From Candidatus Nomurabacteria bacterium GW2011_GWE1_32_28 (GTDB lineage: Bacteria; Patescibacteriota; Minisyncoccia; Phycocordibacterales; UBA9973), in assembly GCA_000989515.1 (NCBI GenBank), contig LBOM01000003.1, positions 111,833-175,832 of the forward strand: a stretch of DNA of 64,000 nt. Reading direction: 5' to 3'. Made by a program: the position numbers and the translations under genes. The notes under the pieces were generated by a model. It had not been told where the DNA came from. It made no database searches and saw nothing but the letters and a program-made list of their open reading frames with translations. Positions 9,892 to 20,307 of this stretch are shown piece after piece. The stretch's first letter is position 1, and each line of letters opens with the position of its first letter.

Positions 9892-10551
9892 ATGATAAAA
9901 ATACAATCAATTGTACGAGATATTGTATTAGCAGAAATAGAGGCTTATTTTGCACTCACAAATGACTATATGAATATGAGTAGTTATGCATATCGTATAC
10001 GTCCAAAGGTAGAAGAACTTACAAAAAAACAAGTAACCATAACTAGTCTAGTGGTTTCACTGTCTCGTCTAAAAAAAGAATTTAAAAAGATGAAACCATT
10101 GATACATAATGTAGCTATAAAAAATATAACAACCAAGCTCCCTCTCTCAGAACTAATATATAAAAATACAAATGAGTTTATAAAAGAATTAGAGTCGCTT
10201 CATAAGAATATATCAATATCTCAAGAAGATTTTTTCACTACGACGATAAGTACAACAGAAATAGACATTCTCTGTTCTACTATACTAGAAGACAAAATAT
10301 TAAAACATTTTAAAAATAAACCAAAAACAACAAATCACAACCTTGCAGCGATAGGTATCTCTTTTGGGTCAGAAGTCTTTGATACTCCAAATGTTTTTTT
10401 CTCTCTCCTTTCTGTCACCGCCCGCGCAAGTATAAACATAGAAGAATTGGTTTCTACACCAACTGAATTTATTTTAATAGTTGCTGAAAAAGATTTCAGT
10501 AAAACCGTTGCTTTGTTTTCAAACCTATACAGAGAAGTAAATAAAATATAA
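9892..10551 (+). CDS. Hypothetical protein
   Basis: 219-aa ORF with coding-like composition and no recognisable family. Confidence 0.5.
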   Translation: MIKIQSIVRDIVLAEIEAYFALTNDYMNMSSYAYRIRPKVEELTKKQVTITSLVVSLSRLKKEFKKMKPLIHNVAIKNITTKLPLSELIYKNTNEFIKELESLHKNISISQEDFFTTTISTTEIDILCSTILEDKILKHFKNKPKTTNHNLAAIGISFGSEVFDTPNVFFSLLSVTARASINIEELVSTPTEFILIVAEKDFSKTVALFSNLYREVNKI

Positions 10552-10576
10552 AATTATTATCTACCCAATAAAAAAA

Positions 10577-10716
10577 GCATTAATCTCTAAACAATCCTTT
10601 TAAAGCTAAACCCTAAAAGTAACAAATTCTTGAAGGATAGACCCAGAAACCCAAAAGGTACCAAGACGTCCTACGCAAACCTATATAACCGATGGCTGAT
10701 TGCTTAGAGATTAATG
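10577..10716. repeat. 140-nt element with 20-bp terminal inverted repeats (candidate MITE or structured ncRNA) upstream of ruvB
   Basis: GCATTAATCTCTAAACAATC at 10577-10596 and GATTGCTTAGAGATTAATGC at 10697-10716 match 19/20 as an inverted repeat and flank a ~100-nt core. Confidence 0.4.
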
Positions 10717-10859
10717 CCCTCTTAAAACAAAAAAGGTCTTAAACCTCTGTAGATAATTATACTATATTATCAACTAATCAAATGCTATAATGTGTATAGC
10801 AATGTGGATAGCGTGTTAATAATTAGCTACATATAGAAGCATAGCATACTATAAAAAAA

Positions 10860-11894
10860 ATGTCAAGTAAAAATACTAATAAAAAAACAGAAGATAGAAA
10901 AAATAACAATGAAAACAATAATGATTCTGTTCTCGACCAAGTGCTACGTCCCTCTAGCTGGAATGAATACATAGGCCAAAAACACATAAAAGATAACATA
11001 AAAATTCTTTTAACAGCAGCAGAAGAGCGTGGTCACATACCAGAGCATATTTTATTTTATGGACCACCAGGACTAGGAAAAACAACGCTTGCACACCTTA
11101 TAGCAAAAGAAACTGGAAAACAAATGAAAATAACATCTGGTCCTGCTATTGAAAAAGTAGGAGATCTTGCCTCTATTCTTACAAATCTTTCTCCTGGTGA
11201 TATTCTTTTTATTGATGAAATTCATCGACTTAATAAAATGGTTGAGGAAATACTTTACCCAGCGATGGAATCTGGTGTTTTAGATATTATTATTGGAAAA
11301 GGTCCTTCTGCGAGAACAATCCAGCTAGATTTACCACCATTCACATTAATAGCAGCTACCACACGTGTAGCGCTCGTATCTTCCCCTCTTCGTTCACGTT
11401 TTTCTGGTGGAGTTTTTAGATTAGAATTTTATTCAAATGAAGAAATAGCAGAAATAGTGCGCAGGTCTAGCAAGTTGTTAAAAACAGAACTAGACGAAGG
11501 GGCACTAGAAGAAATAGCTAAACGAAGCAGGTTTACTCCTCGTACAGCAAATTATTTTTTAAAAAGGGCACGAGACTTTGCACAAGTGAACAAAAAAAAT
11601 CTAGATCAAAAAACAGTAAACGATGCACTCAATATGCTCGCAATTGATGATATTGGTTTAAATTCTTCTGATAGAAAATTTTTAGAAATATTAATTGAAA
11701 AATTTAATGGTGGACCAGTGGGATTAAAAACAATAGGGGCTGCAATGTCTGAAGAAGAAGCTACAGTAGAAGAAGTAATAGAACCATATTTAATACAACT
11801 TGGTCTACTAGAAAGAACAGCTCGTGGACGTGTCGCTACAGAGAAAGCTTATAATCATCTAGGTTTTGAATACAAACAAAATAAACTAATTTAA
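10860..11894 (+). CDS. ruvB: Holliday junction branch migration helicase RuvB
   Basis: LRPSSWNEYIGQ...ILFYGPPGLGKTTLAHLIA, AAA+ motifs and a C-terminal winged helix. Confidence 0.95.
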   Translation: MSSKNTNKKTEDRKNNNENNNDSVLDQVLRPSSWNEYIGQKHIKDNIKILLTAAEERGHIPEHILFYGPPGLGKTTLAHLIAKETGKQMKITSGPAIEKVGDLASILTNLSPGDILFIDEIHRLNKMVEEILYPAMESGVLDIIIGKGPSARTIQLDLPPFTLIAATTRVALVSSPLRSRFSGGVFRLEFYSNEEIAEIVRRSSKLLKTELDEGALEEIAKRSRFTPRTANYFLKRARDFAQVNKKNLDQKTVNDALNMLAIDDIGLNSSDRKFLEILIEKFNGGPVGLKTIGAAMSEEEATVEEVIEPYLIQLGLLERTARGRVATEKAYNHLGFEYKQNKLI

Positions 11895-11898
11895 TTAT

Positions 11899-12438
11899 AT
11901 GTCAGGACATAATAAATGGTCACAAATAAAACACAAAAAGGGCATCACAGATGCGAAAAAGAGTAAAATTTTTTCTAAACTTGTGCGTTTTATATCAGTA
12001 GAAGCAAAGCTTGCAAGCGGAGATGTAAATGCACCAGGACTTAGAGCTGCAATAGAAAAAGCCAAAAAAGTAAATATGCCTTCTGAAAACATAGAAAGAG
12101 CAATAAAGAAAGCCTCAGAAACAGGAGCACAAATGGAGTCTATTGTATACGAAACTTATGGGCCAGGAGGTGTTGGTATTATAATTGAAACATTAACAGA
12201 CAGTAGAAACAGAACAGCTCAAGACATAAAGCACATCCTGAGTAAAAATAATTTTATGCTCGGTGGAATAGGATCAGTAGCCTGGTCTTTTACTAAAGAA
12301 AAAACAGAAGAAGGAATATTGTGGAAACCAAATATGTTTATATCAATTTCTGATGATGATTTGGTGTTATTAGATAAACTTGTAGAAGAACTAGAAGAAA
12401 ATGATGATGTGCAAGATATCTACACAAATGCAGAATAG
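11899..12438 (+). CDS. yebC: YebC/PmpR-family transcriptional regulator (short form)
   Basis: MSGHNKWSQIKHKKG...KIFSKL at the N-terminus is diagnostic for YebC. Confidence 0.85.
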   Translation: MSGHNKWSQIKHKKGITDAKKSKIFSKLVRFISVEAKLASGDVNAPGLRAAIEKAKKVNMPSENIERAIKKASETGAQMESIVYETYGPGGVGIIIETLTDSRNRTAQDIKHILSKNNFMLGGIGSVAWSFTKEKTEEGILWKPNMFISISDDDLVLLDKLVEELEENDDVQDIYTNAE

Positions 12439-12443
12439 GAACA

Positions 12444-12476
12444 ATTACGAATTATCAATTACGAATTACGAATTTA
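12444..12476. repeat. Heptad repeat (AATTACG orientation) between yebC and ruvC
   Basis: caattacgaattatcaattacgaattacgaatt followed by TAAAATATAC and the ruvC ATG 11 nt later. Confidence 0.8.
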
Positions 12477-12486
12477 AAATATACTT

Positions 12487-12999
12487 ATGATAATTTTAGG
12501 AATAGATCCTGGTTTTGAGAGACTAGGAATCGCCATATTAGAAAAGAACAGTGGTGACAAAAAAGAAAAAGTACTATTTTCTAAATGTTTTTACACATCT
12601 GCAAAATTAGAGTTTTCTGAAAGATTGGTTTTAATAGGAAAAGAAGTAAAAAGTATAATAAAAGAATTTAAACCAGATATTTTATCTATTGAAACTTTAT
12701 TCTTAACAACTAATCATAAAACAGTAATGCATGTAGCAGAGGCACGTGGTGTTGTTATATATGAAGCATCTTGTCGCGGATTAAAAATATTTGAAGCTTC
12801 TCCTCCACAAATAAAAATAGCTACAACTGGTTATGGAAAAGCAAACAAAGAACAGATAATGAAAATGGTAAAAATATTGGTTGATATAAATCAAAACAAA
12901 ACCCATCCAAACAATAACTCCATGGTTAAAGAATCTGATGATGAGCTAGATGCTATTGCTATAGCACTAACTGCTTTTGCATACATTAAAAAAATGTGA
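12487..12999 (+). CDS. ruvC: Holliday junction resolvase RuvC
   Basis: MIILGIDPGFERLGIAILE... with the RuvC catalytic D/E pattern. Confidence 0.9.
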   Translation: MIILGIDPGFERLGIAILEKNSGDKKEKVLFSKCFYTSAKLEFSERLVLIGKEVKSIIKEFKPDILSIETLFLTTNHKTVMHVAEARGVVIYEASCRGLKIFEASPPQIKIATTGYGKANKEQIMKMVKILVDINQNKTHPNNNSMVKESDDELDAIAIALTAFAYIKKM

Positions 13000-13039
13000 T
13001 TTTTAAAAGCTTATTTTGGTTTTTTTATATTTCATTAGT

Positions 13040-13048
13040 TATCCACAT
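13040..13048 (+). promoter_or_regulatory. Perfect DnaA-box consensus TTATCCACA in the ruvC-tyrS intergenic region
   Basis: Exact 9-mer. The 15-mer ATTAGTTATCCACAT is repeated identically at 47171-47185. Confidence 0.4.
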
Positions 13049-13166
13049 ATTCTATCTTTACCTCTTGCTAAACAATTATATTTTTGATAAAAATAAAGAA
13101 AATAATTTTTATTATTAAAAAAATTGGTCGATTAATGTTTTTTTTAAAAAAAATATAAAATAATAT

Positions 13167-13295
13167 ATGAGTTACGATGATGAAGAAGAATTAACAATGG
13201 ATGATGAAATACTAGATGACGAAGAATCTTTGGATTTACCAAAGGAACCTTTGGAAGACGAAGAAGATTATGATCCAGAAAACAGATATCATTAA
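13167..13295 (+). CDS. Possible 42-aa highly acidic small protein
   Basis: ATG..TAA ORF translating to MSYDDEEELTMDDEILDDEESLDLPKEPLEDEEDYDPENRYH. It is followed directly by a strong terminator hairpin. Confidence 0.3.
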   Translation: MSYDDEEELTMDDEILDDEESLDLPKEPLEDEEDYDPENRYH

Positions 13296-13296
13296 A

Positions 13297-13331
13297 TAAA
13301 AAACCGCTCCAATTAAGGGGCGGTTTTTTAT
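13297..13331. terminator. Bidirectional rho-independent terminator (small ORF / tyrS)
   Basis: AAAAACCGCTCC-AATTA-AGGGGCGGTTTTTTAT hairpin flanked by A-run and T-run. It overlaps the tyrS stop codon. Confidence 0.7.
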
Positions 13332-14704
13332 TTAATCTTTATAAATTTTTTTTTACCTATTTTAAATTTCATTTTATTCTCTGGAACAAGATTAACATCT
13401 TCTATTTTTTTATTAGTATCAAGATCTGTAATAGCACCTTCTTCTACTAATCTTCTAAAATCACTTTTAGAAGATAAAATATTTGCCCTTACTAAAATAT
13501 CCATTAATGTTTCTTTGCTGTTTTTTTTAAGTTCTATCATTTCTTCAGGGACTTCCCTTTTTTGAAAAACATTAACAAAACTTTCTTCAGCTTTTTTGGC
13601 TTTATCTTCTCCGTGGTAAATAGCAACAATTTGACGAGCAAGATCCATTTTTAAATCCTTAGGATTAACTGATGCCTTTTCAAGTTTCTTTTTTATTTCT
13701 TCAACCTCATCTGTTGAAGTAAAGGTACATAATTCAAAATAATTTCCAATAGAAGAATCTGAAATAGACATTACTTTTCCATACATATCATTTGGTTCAT
13801 CAGTAATACCAATATAATTATCAAGGCTCTTAGACATTTTCTCTTTTCCGTCCGTTCCTTCGAGAAGCCTAAAAGAAAGAACTGACTGTGGTATTTTTTT
13901 ATTCATATCCATAACATCACGTCCAACAAGCATATTAAAAAGTTGATCAGTACCCCCAACCTCAAGATCACATGAACCATATATATTAGAAATAGCGTTT
14001 GAATCTATGCCTTGAATAACAGGATACATCATTTCATGCATAAAAACAGGCAAACCTTCCTTTATTCTATCTTGGAACATGTCTCTTTCAATTAGTCTAT
14101 TAAATGTAATTTTTCTTAAAATAGCTAATACACTTATTAAAGTATAACTATTAATATTATTCTTTTGCATTCTTGTAGCTTCCCAGTGGTGTGCCTTAGC
14201 TAAAATATGATTCCCTGGTAATACTGGTGTAGTAGCTACTGTTTTGTTTCCTATATTTATATTTATAATTTGATTATCTGGTGCAATAATATCATTAATA
14301 GAAACAAGCCAATCAGAATTCATTGTCCATGAAAAAACTTTCGGATCTTTAAGTAAAATTTTATCAACCTGATCTAAATAAGTTTTCATATTTTTTTGTA
14401 TTTCTATGTGTTCAATTTCTGGACGAATCTTACTTTTTCCTGTTGGATCTCCAATCATTGCTGTAATATCACCAACAAGAAAAACAACCCGACACCCCAA
14501 ATCTTGAAATTGTCGAAGTCTGTGCAAAACGACAGCATGACCTAAATGAATATCTGGACGATTTGGGTCAACACCAAATTTAATAACTATTTTTTCTGGA
14601 CTAGTCTCTAGTTTTTTACGAAAAATACCATTAGGATCAATGAATTCCCCTACCCCCCTACTAAATAACTCATCTATTTTTTCTTTATTTAAAGTTTTCC
14701 CCAT
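13328..14704 (-). CDS. tyrS: Tyrosyl-tRNA synthetase
   Basis: HLGH (DIHLGHAV) and KMSKS motifs, plus a C-terminal S4-like domain. Confidence 0.9.
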   Translation of the reverse strand: MGKTLNKEKIDELFSRGVGEFIDPNGIFRKKLETSPEKIVIKFGVDPNRPDIHLGHAVVLHRLRQFQDLGCRVVFLVGDITAMIGDPTGKSKIRPEIEHIEIQKNMKTYLDQVDKILLKDPKVFSWTMNSDWLVSINDIIAPDNQIININIGNKTVATTPVLPGNHILAKAHHWEATRMQKNNINSYTLISVLAILRKITFNRLIERDMFQDRIKEGLPVFMHEMMYPVIQGIDSNAISNIYGSCDLEVGGTDQLFNMLVGRDVMDMNKKIPQSVLSFRLLEGTDGKEKMSKSLDNYIGITDEPNDMYGKVMSISDSSIGNYFELCTFTSTDEVEEIKKKLEKASVNPKDLKMDLARQIVAIYHGEDKAKKAEESFVNVFQKREVPEEMIELKKNSKETLMDILVRANILSSKSDFRRLVEEGAITDLDTNKKIEDVNLVPENKMKFKIGKKKFIKIK

Positions 14705-14786
14705 AGAAAAGTATTATAACACAGATAAACAAATATATTAAAAAACAGATTACAAAATATTCATTTTTCTGATATGATTAAAGATA

Positions 14787-17303
14787 ATGAAAAAAAGATT
14801 TAATGGTACTAAAATTATTAAAAATACGCTATTTCTCGTGTTTGGTGTTTCTGTTTTAACAGCTGGAATAATAGTCTTTTGGCTTTCTACTTTAAAAATT
14901 CCAGATTTTCATTCTTTTGAAGACAGAAAAATTATAAATTCTACAAAAATTTATGATCGCACTGGAGAAATATTGCTATACGATATACACCAAGACATAA
15001 AAAGAACAAACATACCATTTGAAAAAATGGGTACAAATATTAAAAATACGACTATTGCCATAGAAGATTCTGAATTTTATAACCATGGAGGAATAAGAAT
15101 AACATCTATTATAAGAGCAGTTTTTTCTAATTTATTTAATATTGGAATAGGGGGTGGTGGTTCAACCATAACCCAACAGTTAGTTAAAAATACCCTTTTA
15201 ACACAAAAAGTGAGCTATATAAGAAAAATAAAAGAATGGTTTTTGGCAATCAAAATAGAAAAATCAATGTCTAAAGAAAAAATATTAGAAGCTTATCTAA
15301 ATGAAAATCCTTATGGAGGTAATATTTATGGAATAGCAGAAGCGTCTAAAACATATTTTAATAAAATTCCAGAAAATTTAACACTCGCAGAGGCTGCATA
15401 TTTAGCAGCAATACCACAGTCACCAACAGTACTTTCACCTTATGGTAAAAATAAAGACAAACTAGATACTAGAAAAAATCTAGTCCTTTCTAGGATGAAA
15501 ACACTTAACTTCATTTCTGAAGAAGAATATAATACTGCAAAAAATGAAGTTGTTGTCTTTACAACACAAGCAACTACTGGAATAAAAGCACCTCATTTTG
15601 TTTTTTTTATAAAAGACTATCTTGAACAAAAATATGGAAGTGATCTAATAGAAAAAGGAGGATTAAAAGTAATAACAACACTAGACTACACCCTACAAGA
15701 AAAAGGAGAAGCCATAGTAAAAGAAGGTGCTATTAAAAATGAAAAAGATTGGAATGGTAAAAATGCAGGACTTGTTGCAATAGACCCAAAAACAGGACAA
15801 ATATTAACAATGATCGGTTCAAGAGATTATTTTGATAAAACAATAGATGGTAACTATAACATAGCAACAGCATTGAGACAGCCAGGTTCTTCTTTTAAGC
15901 CATTTATATACGCCACAGCCTTCAATAAGGGGTTTACTCCGAATACAGTACTATTTGATTTACCTACTGAATTTCAAACGACCTGTAATGCTTATGGAAA
16001 TGCACTACCTGGACACAACCAAGGAGATTGTTATATGCCAGAAAATTATGATGGAAAAACAGTCGGACCAATAAGTCTTCGAAATGCATTAGCACAATCA
16101 AGAAATATTCCTGCTGTAAAACTTTTTTATCTATCAGGACTATCTGATTCACTAAAAACAGCAGAAGATATGGGAATCACTAGTTTAAAAGATATAAGTA
16201 GATATGGACTTACTCTTGTAATAGGAGGAGGTGAAGTATCCCTGCTTGATATAACATCAGCCTATGGGGTTTTTGCAAATGACGGTATAAGAAATAAACA
16301 TACAGGAATATTAAAAATTGAAGATATAAATGGAAATATTTTAGAAGAATATAATCCAAATGCAAAAGAAATATTACCAAAAAATACAGCGCTAACTATT
16401 TCCAATATACTTTCAGACAATATAGCACGTGCACCAACATTTGGATCATCTTCTGTGCTTTATATTCCTGGAAAAGATATTGCTGTAAAAACAGGAACAA
16501 CAAACAACAACAAGGATGCTTGGACAATAGGATATACACCATCAATATCTGTAGGTGTTTGGGCTGGCAATAATGACAATAATCCAATGAAAAAAGGTGG
16601 TTCTGCAGTAGCTGGACCAATTTGGAATGAATTTATTAATGAAGCACTAAAAATACTGCCAAATGAAAAATTTGAAAAACCAAATTTAGAAATAGATACA
16701 GCAACAACAAAACCAGTTATACGTGGATTTTGGCAAGGAAACGAAAACTTTTTTATAGACACAATTTCGGGCAAACTTGCGGGATATTTAACACCAAAAG
16801 AGACAAGGCAAGAAAAAATAATAACAAATGTTCATTCTATTCTTTATTGGATAGATAAAGACAATATCTTGGGCACAGCGCCATCAAACCCAGAAAACAA
16901 CCCACAGTTTAAACATTGGGAAATTCCAATCCAAAACTGGTGGTCAAAAAATGCATCAAAATACAAAATAACAACATGGTCAGAAAAGCCAACAGAAACA
17001 GACAATGTACATACAGAGTTATCAAAACCCATTATTTCAATAATCCAACCAGACACAACATCAGAATATTTTATAGACCAAAAAATACAACTTAAAATTT
17101 TAAGCTCTGGTTATTATCCACTACAAAAAATGGATATATTTATAAATAATACTTTTATAGATACAATAAAAGAACCCTTTAGTTTTTCTTTCATTCCAGG
17201 AGAGATAGAAAATATAAAAGAAAAAAATGAATTAAAAATAGTTTCTTATGATTCTATTTATAATAATTCAGAGAATGTAACTATATTCAAAATAAAACAA
17301 TAG
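14787..17303 (+). CDS. Class A penicillin-binding protein (glycosyltransferase + transpeptidase)
   Basis: N-terminal TM, GT51 motifs (EDSEFYNHGGI, TITQQLVKN) and transpeptidase SxxK (SSFKPFIYATAF), then a C-terminal extension. Confidence 0.9.
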   Translation: MKKRFNGTKIIKNTLFLVFGVSVLTAGIIVFWLSTLKIPDFHSFEDRKIINSTKIYDRTGEILLYDIHQDIKRTNIPFEKMGTNIKNTTIAIEDSEFYNHGGIRITSIIRAVFSNLFNIGIGGGGSTITQQLVKNTLLTQKVSYIRKIKEWFLAIKIEKSMSKEKILEAYLNENPYGGNIYGIAEASKTYFNKIPENLTLAEAAYLAAIPQSPTVLSPYGKNKDKLDTRKNLVLSRMKTLNFISEEEYNTAKNEVVVFTTQATTGIKAPHFVFFIKDYLEQKYGSDLIEKGGLKVITTLDYTLQEKGEAIVKEGAIKNEKDWNGKNAGLVAIDPKTGQILTMIGSRDYFDKTIDGNYNIATALRQPGSSFKPFIYATAFNKGFTPNTVLFDLPTEFQTTCNAYGNALPGHNQGDCYMPENYDGKTVGPISLRNALAQSRNIPAVKLFYLSGLSDSLKTAEDMGITSLKDISRYGLTLVIGGGEVSLLDITSAYGVFANDGIRNKHTGILKIEDINGNILEEYNPNAKEILPKNTALTISNILSDNIARAPTFGSSSVLYIPGKDIAVKTGTTNNNKDAWTIGYTPSISVGVWAGNNDNNPMKKGGSAVAGPIWNEFINEALKILPNEKFEKPNLEIDTATTKPVIRGFWQGNENFFIDTISGKLAGYLTPKETRQEKIITNVHSILYWIDKDNILGTAPSNPENNPQFKHWEIPIQNWWSKNASKYKITTWSEKPTETDNVHTELSKPIISIIQPDTTSEYFIDQKIQLKILSSGYYPLQKMDIFINNTFIDTIKEPFSFSFIPGEIENIKEKNELKIVSYDSIYNNSENVTIFKIKQ

Positions 17304-17308
17304 TATTT

Positions 17309-17566
17309 TTATACTATATTTTGTGGTGTTTTCTTGCCCAGATTTTCCCTTAATTTTAAAAAAATCTCGTCTTTCTTTAATAGAATTTCATTTTTATAAA
17401 TTGGTTTTATATTTAAATAAATTATATTATTTTTTATTTTTATGTCTTCTATTTTTATAGTTAGATTTAATACATCAAATAGTACACTTCTCAGTGTATC
17501 TATTTTTAAATTTTCAGAAATTAATAAATTATTAAATTTTAAAAGTAAATCTTTAATCTCTATCAT
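17309..17566 (-). CDS. Hypothetical small protein downstream of dnaN (possibly DUF721-like)
   Basis: 85-aa ORF. A DUF721 assignment rests only on its position after dnaN. Confidence 0.35.
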   Translation of the reverse strand: MIEIKDLLLKFNNLLISENLKIDTLRSVLFDVLNLTIKIEDIKIKNNIIYLNIKPIYKNEILLKKDEIFLKLRENLGKKTPQNIV

Positions 17567-17608
17567 TATTACTTTATACTTTATGAATTTTATAACCTTT
17601 TACTATAC

Positions 17609-18706
17609 TTATCTATTCATTGGCATTATAAGATAAGTAAATGAATTGTCAGAATTACCAGAGATTACCATTGGTTTAGAAGATTGATTTAATTTTATAG
17701 AAACACTATCTGTGTTTATGGACTGAAAACAATCAAGAAAATATTTATAATTAAAACCAAGAGTAGTATCACCACCCTTAACTGCAGCATCTAAATAAGT
17801 TTTATTTTCTCCAACGTCGTTATTTTGAGAAGATAATTCAAATACTTTTTCTTTTGTTTTAATTAAAAGATCTATTTGATTAAATTTGTCTGAAAAAATA
17901 TTTGAAAGCTTTAAAGCACTTAACAAGTCTTGCTTTAATACAATAGCCTCAACACCAAATTCTTTTGGGACTATTTGTCTATAGTCAGGAAATACACCAT
18001 CTATAATTCTAGATGTTAAATAAATATAATTAGAAGAAAAAGAAATTTGATTTTTGTTAAAACAAATTTTTATAGTATCCTGTACATCTCCAAAAATTCT
18101 TAATATTTCAGATATATTTTTAAAAGGTATAAGTATGCCCTTTATTTCTTCTATACCTTTAACCTTTATCTTCTTTTCAGCCAATCTAAAAGAATCAGTA
18201 GAAACAAATACTAAATTATCATCGTTTGTATAAATAAAAACACTAGAAATTTCTGGTTTTATATCTGATAAAGAAGAACTATAATATACAGATTTTATAC
18301 CTTCTATTAATTTTTTTGATTCTATTTCAAAAGTTGTTCCATCTACTATTGGTATTGTTGGAAAATCATCTGGAATTTGTCCTTTTAGTTTTATTCTACT
18401 TTTTTTTGATTTAATCATTAAATTACCATTTTCACTTTCAAGACTTACATTTTCATTTTGAAAAATATTAGAAAAAATTCCAGCCAATATTGTTCCAGAA
18501 ATAGCAACAATACCTTCTTTTTCAATTTTTGCAGGAATCTCTATTTCAATACCAAGACTTAAATTGGTTGCTCTAAGTTTTAATGATTTCCCTGATGCAA
18601 TTAATAATATTGAACTCAGAATGGGTAATGTTAAATTTTTACCCGTTATTTTTTCTACTTGCATAATTCCATTTTTAATTTTTTCTACTTCACAATCTAA
18701 TTTCAT
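17609..18706 (-). CDS. dnaN: DNA polymerase III beta sliding clamp
   Basis: 365 aa with a three-domain clamp pattern. N-terminus MKLDCEVEKIKNGIMQVEKI...LPILSSILL. Confidence 0.9.
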   Translation of the reverse strand: MKLDCEVEKIKNGIMQVEKITGKNLTLPILSSILLIASGKSLKLRATNLSLGIEIEIPAKIEKEGIVAISGTILAGIFSNIFQNENVSLESENGNLMIKSKKSRIKLKGQIPDDFPTIPIVDGTTFEIESKKLIEGIKSVYYSSSLSDIKPEISSVFIYTNDDNLVFVSTDSFRLAEKKIKVKGIEEIKGILIPFKNISEILRIFGDVQDTIKICFNKNQISFSSNYIYLTSRIIDGVFPDYRQIVPKEFGVEAIVLKQDLLSALKLSNIFSDKFNQIDLLIKTKEKVFELSSQNNDVGENKTYLDAAVKGGDTTLGFNYKYFLDCFQSINTDSVSIKLNQSSKPMVISGNSDNSFTYLIMPMNR

Positions 18707-18963
18707 ATGTTTATATATTATATATTTAATTTATTACTACTATTAGTGCTGTTGATAAGTGTATAAACTAAATATATCTTATTTTAAATGACTATTTTTA
18801 TAATTTATTTGTTAATTTTAATTATAATAACTATTTGTATTTTTTTATTTATTTTTTAAAATATATTTTTTTATATTTTATTTGTTTTTTATTAACAGTT
18901 TTTATTTAAATTATTCATTGTTTATTGTTGAGTTTTACTTAACTTTTACACACTTATAAACAG
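18707..18963. other. Candidate oriC: AT-rich dnaA-dnaN intergenic region with DnaA-box-like 9-mers
   Basis: 257-bp extremely AT-rich spacer between dnaA and dnaN. It has TGTTGATAA at 18750-18758 (one mismatch to TGTGGATAA) and TTTTACACA-like sites. Synteny is rpmH-rnpA-yidD-yidC-jag then dnaA-dnaN. Confidence 0.45.
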
Positions 18964-20307
18964 CTATTTAAACATAATTCTTATTTGCTCTATCTCTTGT
19001 AATAATTGTGGATCATTTTTTAGGTCTGTTTTTATTTTTAAATAGGAATGAATTACTGTTGTGTGGTCTTTTCCACCAAGTTTTTGTCCTATTAGTGGAT
19101 AGGACACATTAAAATCTTCTCTAAGAATATACATTACTATTTGTCTTGCTTTTACTATTTCTTTTCTTCTTGTCTTTTCATATATTGATGACTCCTCAAG
19201 AGAATAATAATCACTTATTGTTTTTACCACTTCTTTTATGGATACATTTTTCTTTTGTTTTATGTTATTTTTGAGTAAGTTTTTTACTTCTGGTATTGTA
19301 AGAGGTTTATTTTTGAGTCTATAGTGACAAACTATTGTATTTAAACTCCCCTCTAGCTCCCTTATGTTTCCTTGTATTGACTGTGCAACATATTCTATTA
19401 TTTCTTGACCCAAATCAATATTTTGTTCTTTTAATTTTACTTTTAATATTGCAAGACGTGATTCATATTCTGGTTCTGAAACATCAACTATCATTCCAGC
19501 TGCAAAACGGGATTTGAGACGATCTGCTAGTTCGGGAATATAGTTTGGATGTTTATCTGAAGAAAAAATAATTTGTTTATTGTTTTCGTAAAATGTATTA
19601 AATGTATGAAAAAGTTCTTCTTGTATTTTTTCCATTTTACCAATAAATTGTATGTCATCTATAATTAAAAGATCATATTTTCTATATTTTTCCTTAAAAG
19701 AGTTTGCTTTGTTATTTTGTAGTGAATTTACAAAATCAGTAGCAAATTTTTCTAGGGTTATATAGTGTACTTTTTTGTTTGGATATTTATCTTTTATTGA
19801 ATTCCCCACTGCTTGAATTAGATGTGTTTTTCCGAGCCCAGTTCCACCATAAACAAAGAAAGGGTTATACTTGGTACCAGGATTTTCTATTATTGCTTGA
19901 GATGCAGCGTGTGCGAGTTCATTAAAAGTTCCAACTATAAAAGAATTAAAATGATATCTAGGGTTTAGATTATCATCTGGATTTATATATAGATCTCTTA
20001 GTGGTAGTTCTTTGTTTACATAAGATTCGCTTACTTTTATTGGCTCTTGTTTATTTGTTTCTATCTTTGTAATAACATATTCTACCGCTCTCATGTTTTC
20101 ATATGAATCTGCTATGGTTTTTGTTATTAGTTTGTGATATTTATTTTTTAACCAATCACGTACAAACTCATTTGGTACTCCAACATAAACGATACCAATT
20201 TCCTCTTTTATAATACATGTATTTTTAAACCATGTGCTAAAGTTTGCCTTAGAAACACCACCTTCTATTTCTACTAGACAATTTTTCCAGAGTTGTTTTA
20301 TATCCAT
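18964..20307 (-). CDS. dnaA: Chromosomal replication initiator DnaA
   Basis: AAA+ Walker A GGTGLGKTHLIQAVGN, and a C-terminal DNA-binding domain with the DnaA signature (IGQKLGGKDHTTVIHS). Confidence 0.95.
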   Translation of the reverse strand: MDIKQLWKNCLVEIEGGVSKANFSTWFKNTCIIKEEIGIVYVGVPNEFVRDWLKNKYHKLITKTIADSYENMRAVEYVITKIETNKQEPIKVSESYVNKELPLRDLYINPDDNLNPRYHFNSFIVGTFNELAHAASQAIIENPGTKYNPFFVYGGTGLGKTHLIQAVGNSIKDKYPNKKVHYITLEKFATDFVNSLQNNKANSFKEKYRKYDLLIIDDIQFIGKMEKIQEELFHTFNTFYENNKQIIFSSDKHPNYIPELADRLKSRFAAGMIVDVSEPEYESRLAILKVKLKEQNIDLGQEIIEYVAQSIQGNIRELEGSLNTIVCHYRLKNKPLTIPEVKNLLKNNIKQKKNVSIKEVVKTISDYYSLEESSIYEKTRRKEIVKARQIVMYILREDFNVSYPLIGQKLGGKDHTTVIHSYLKIKTDLKNDPQLLQEIEQIRIMFK

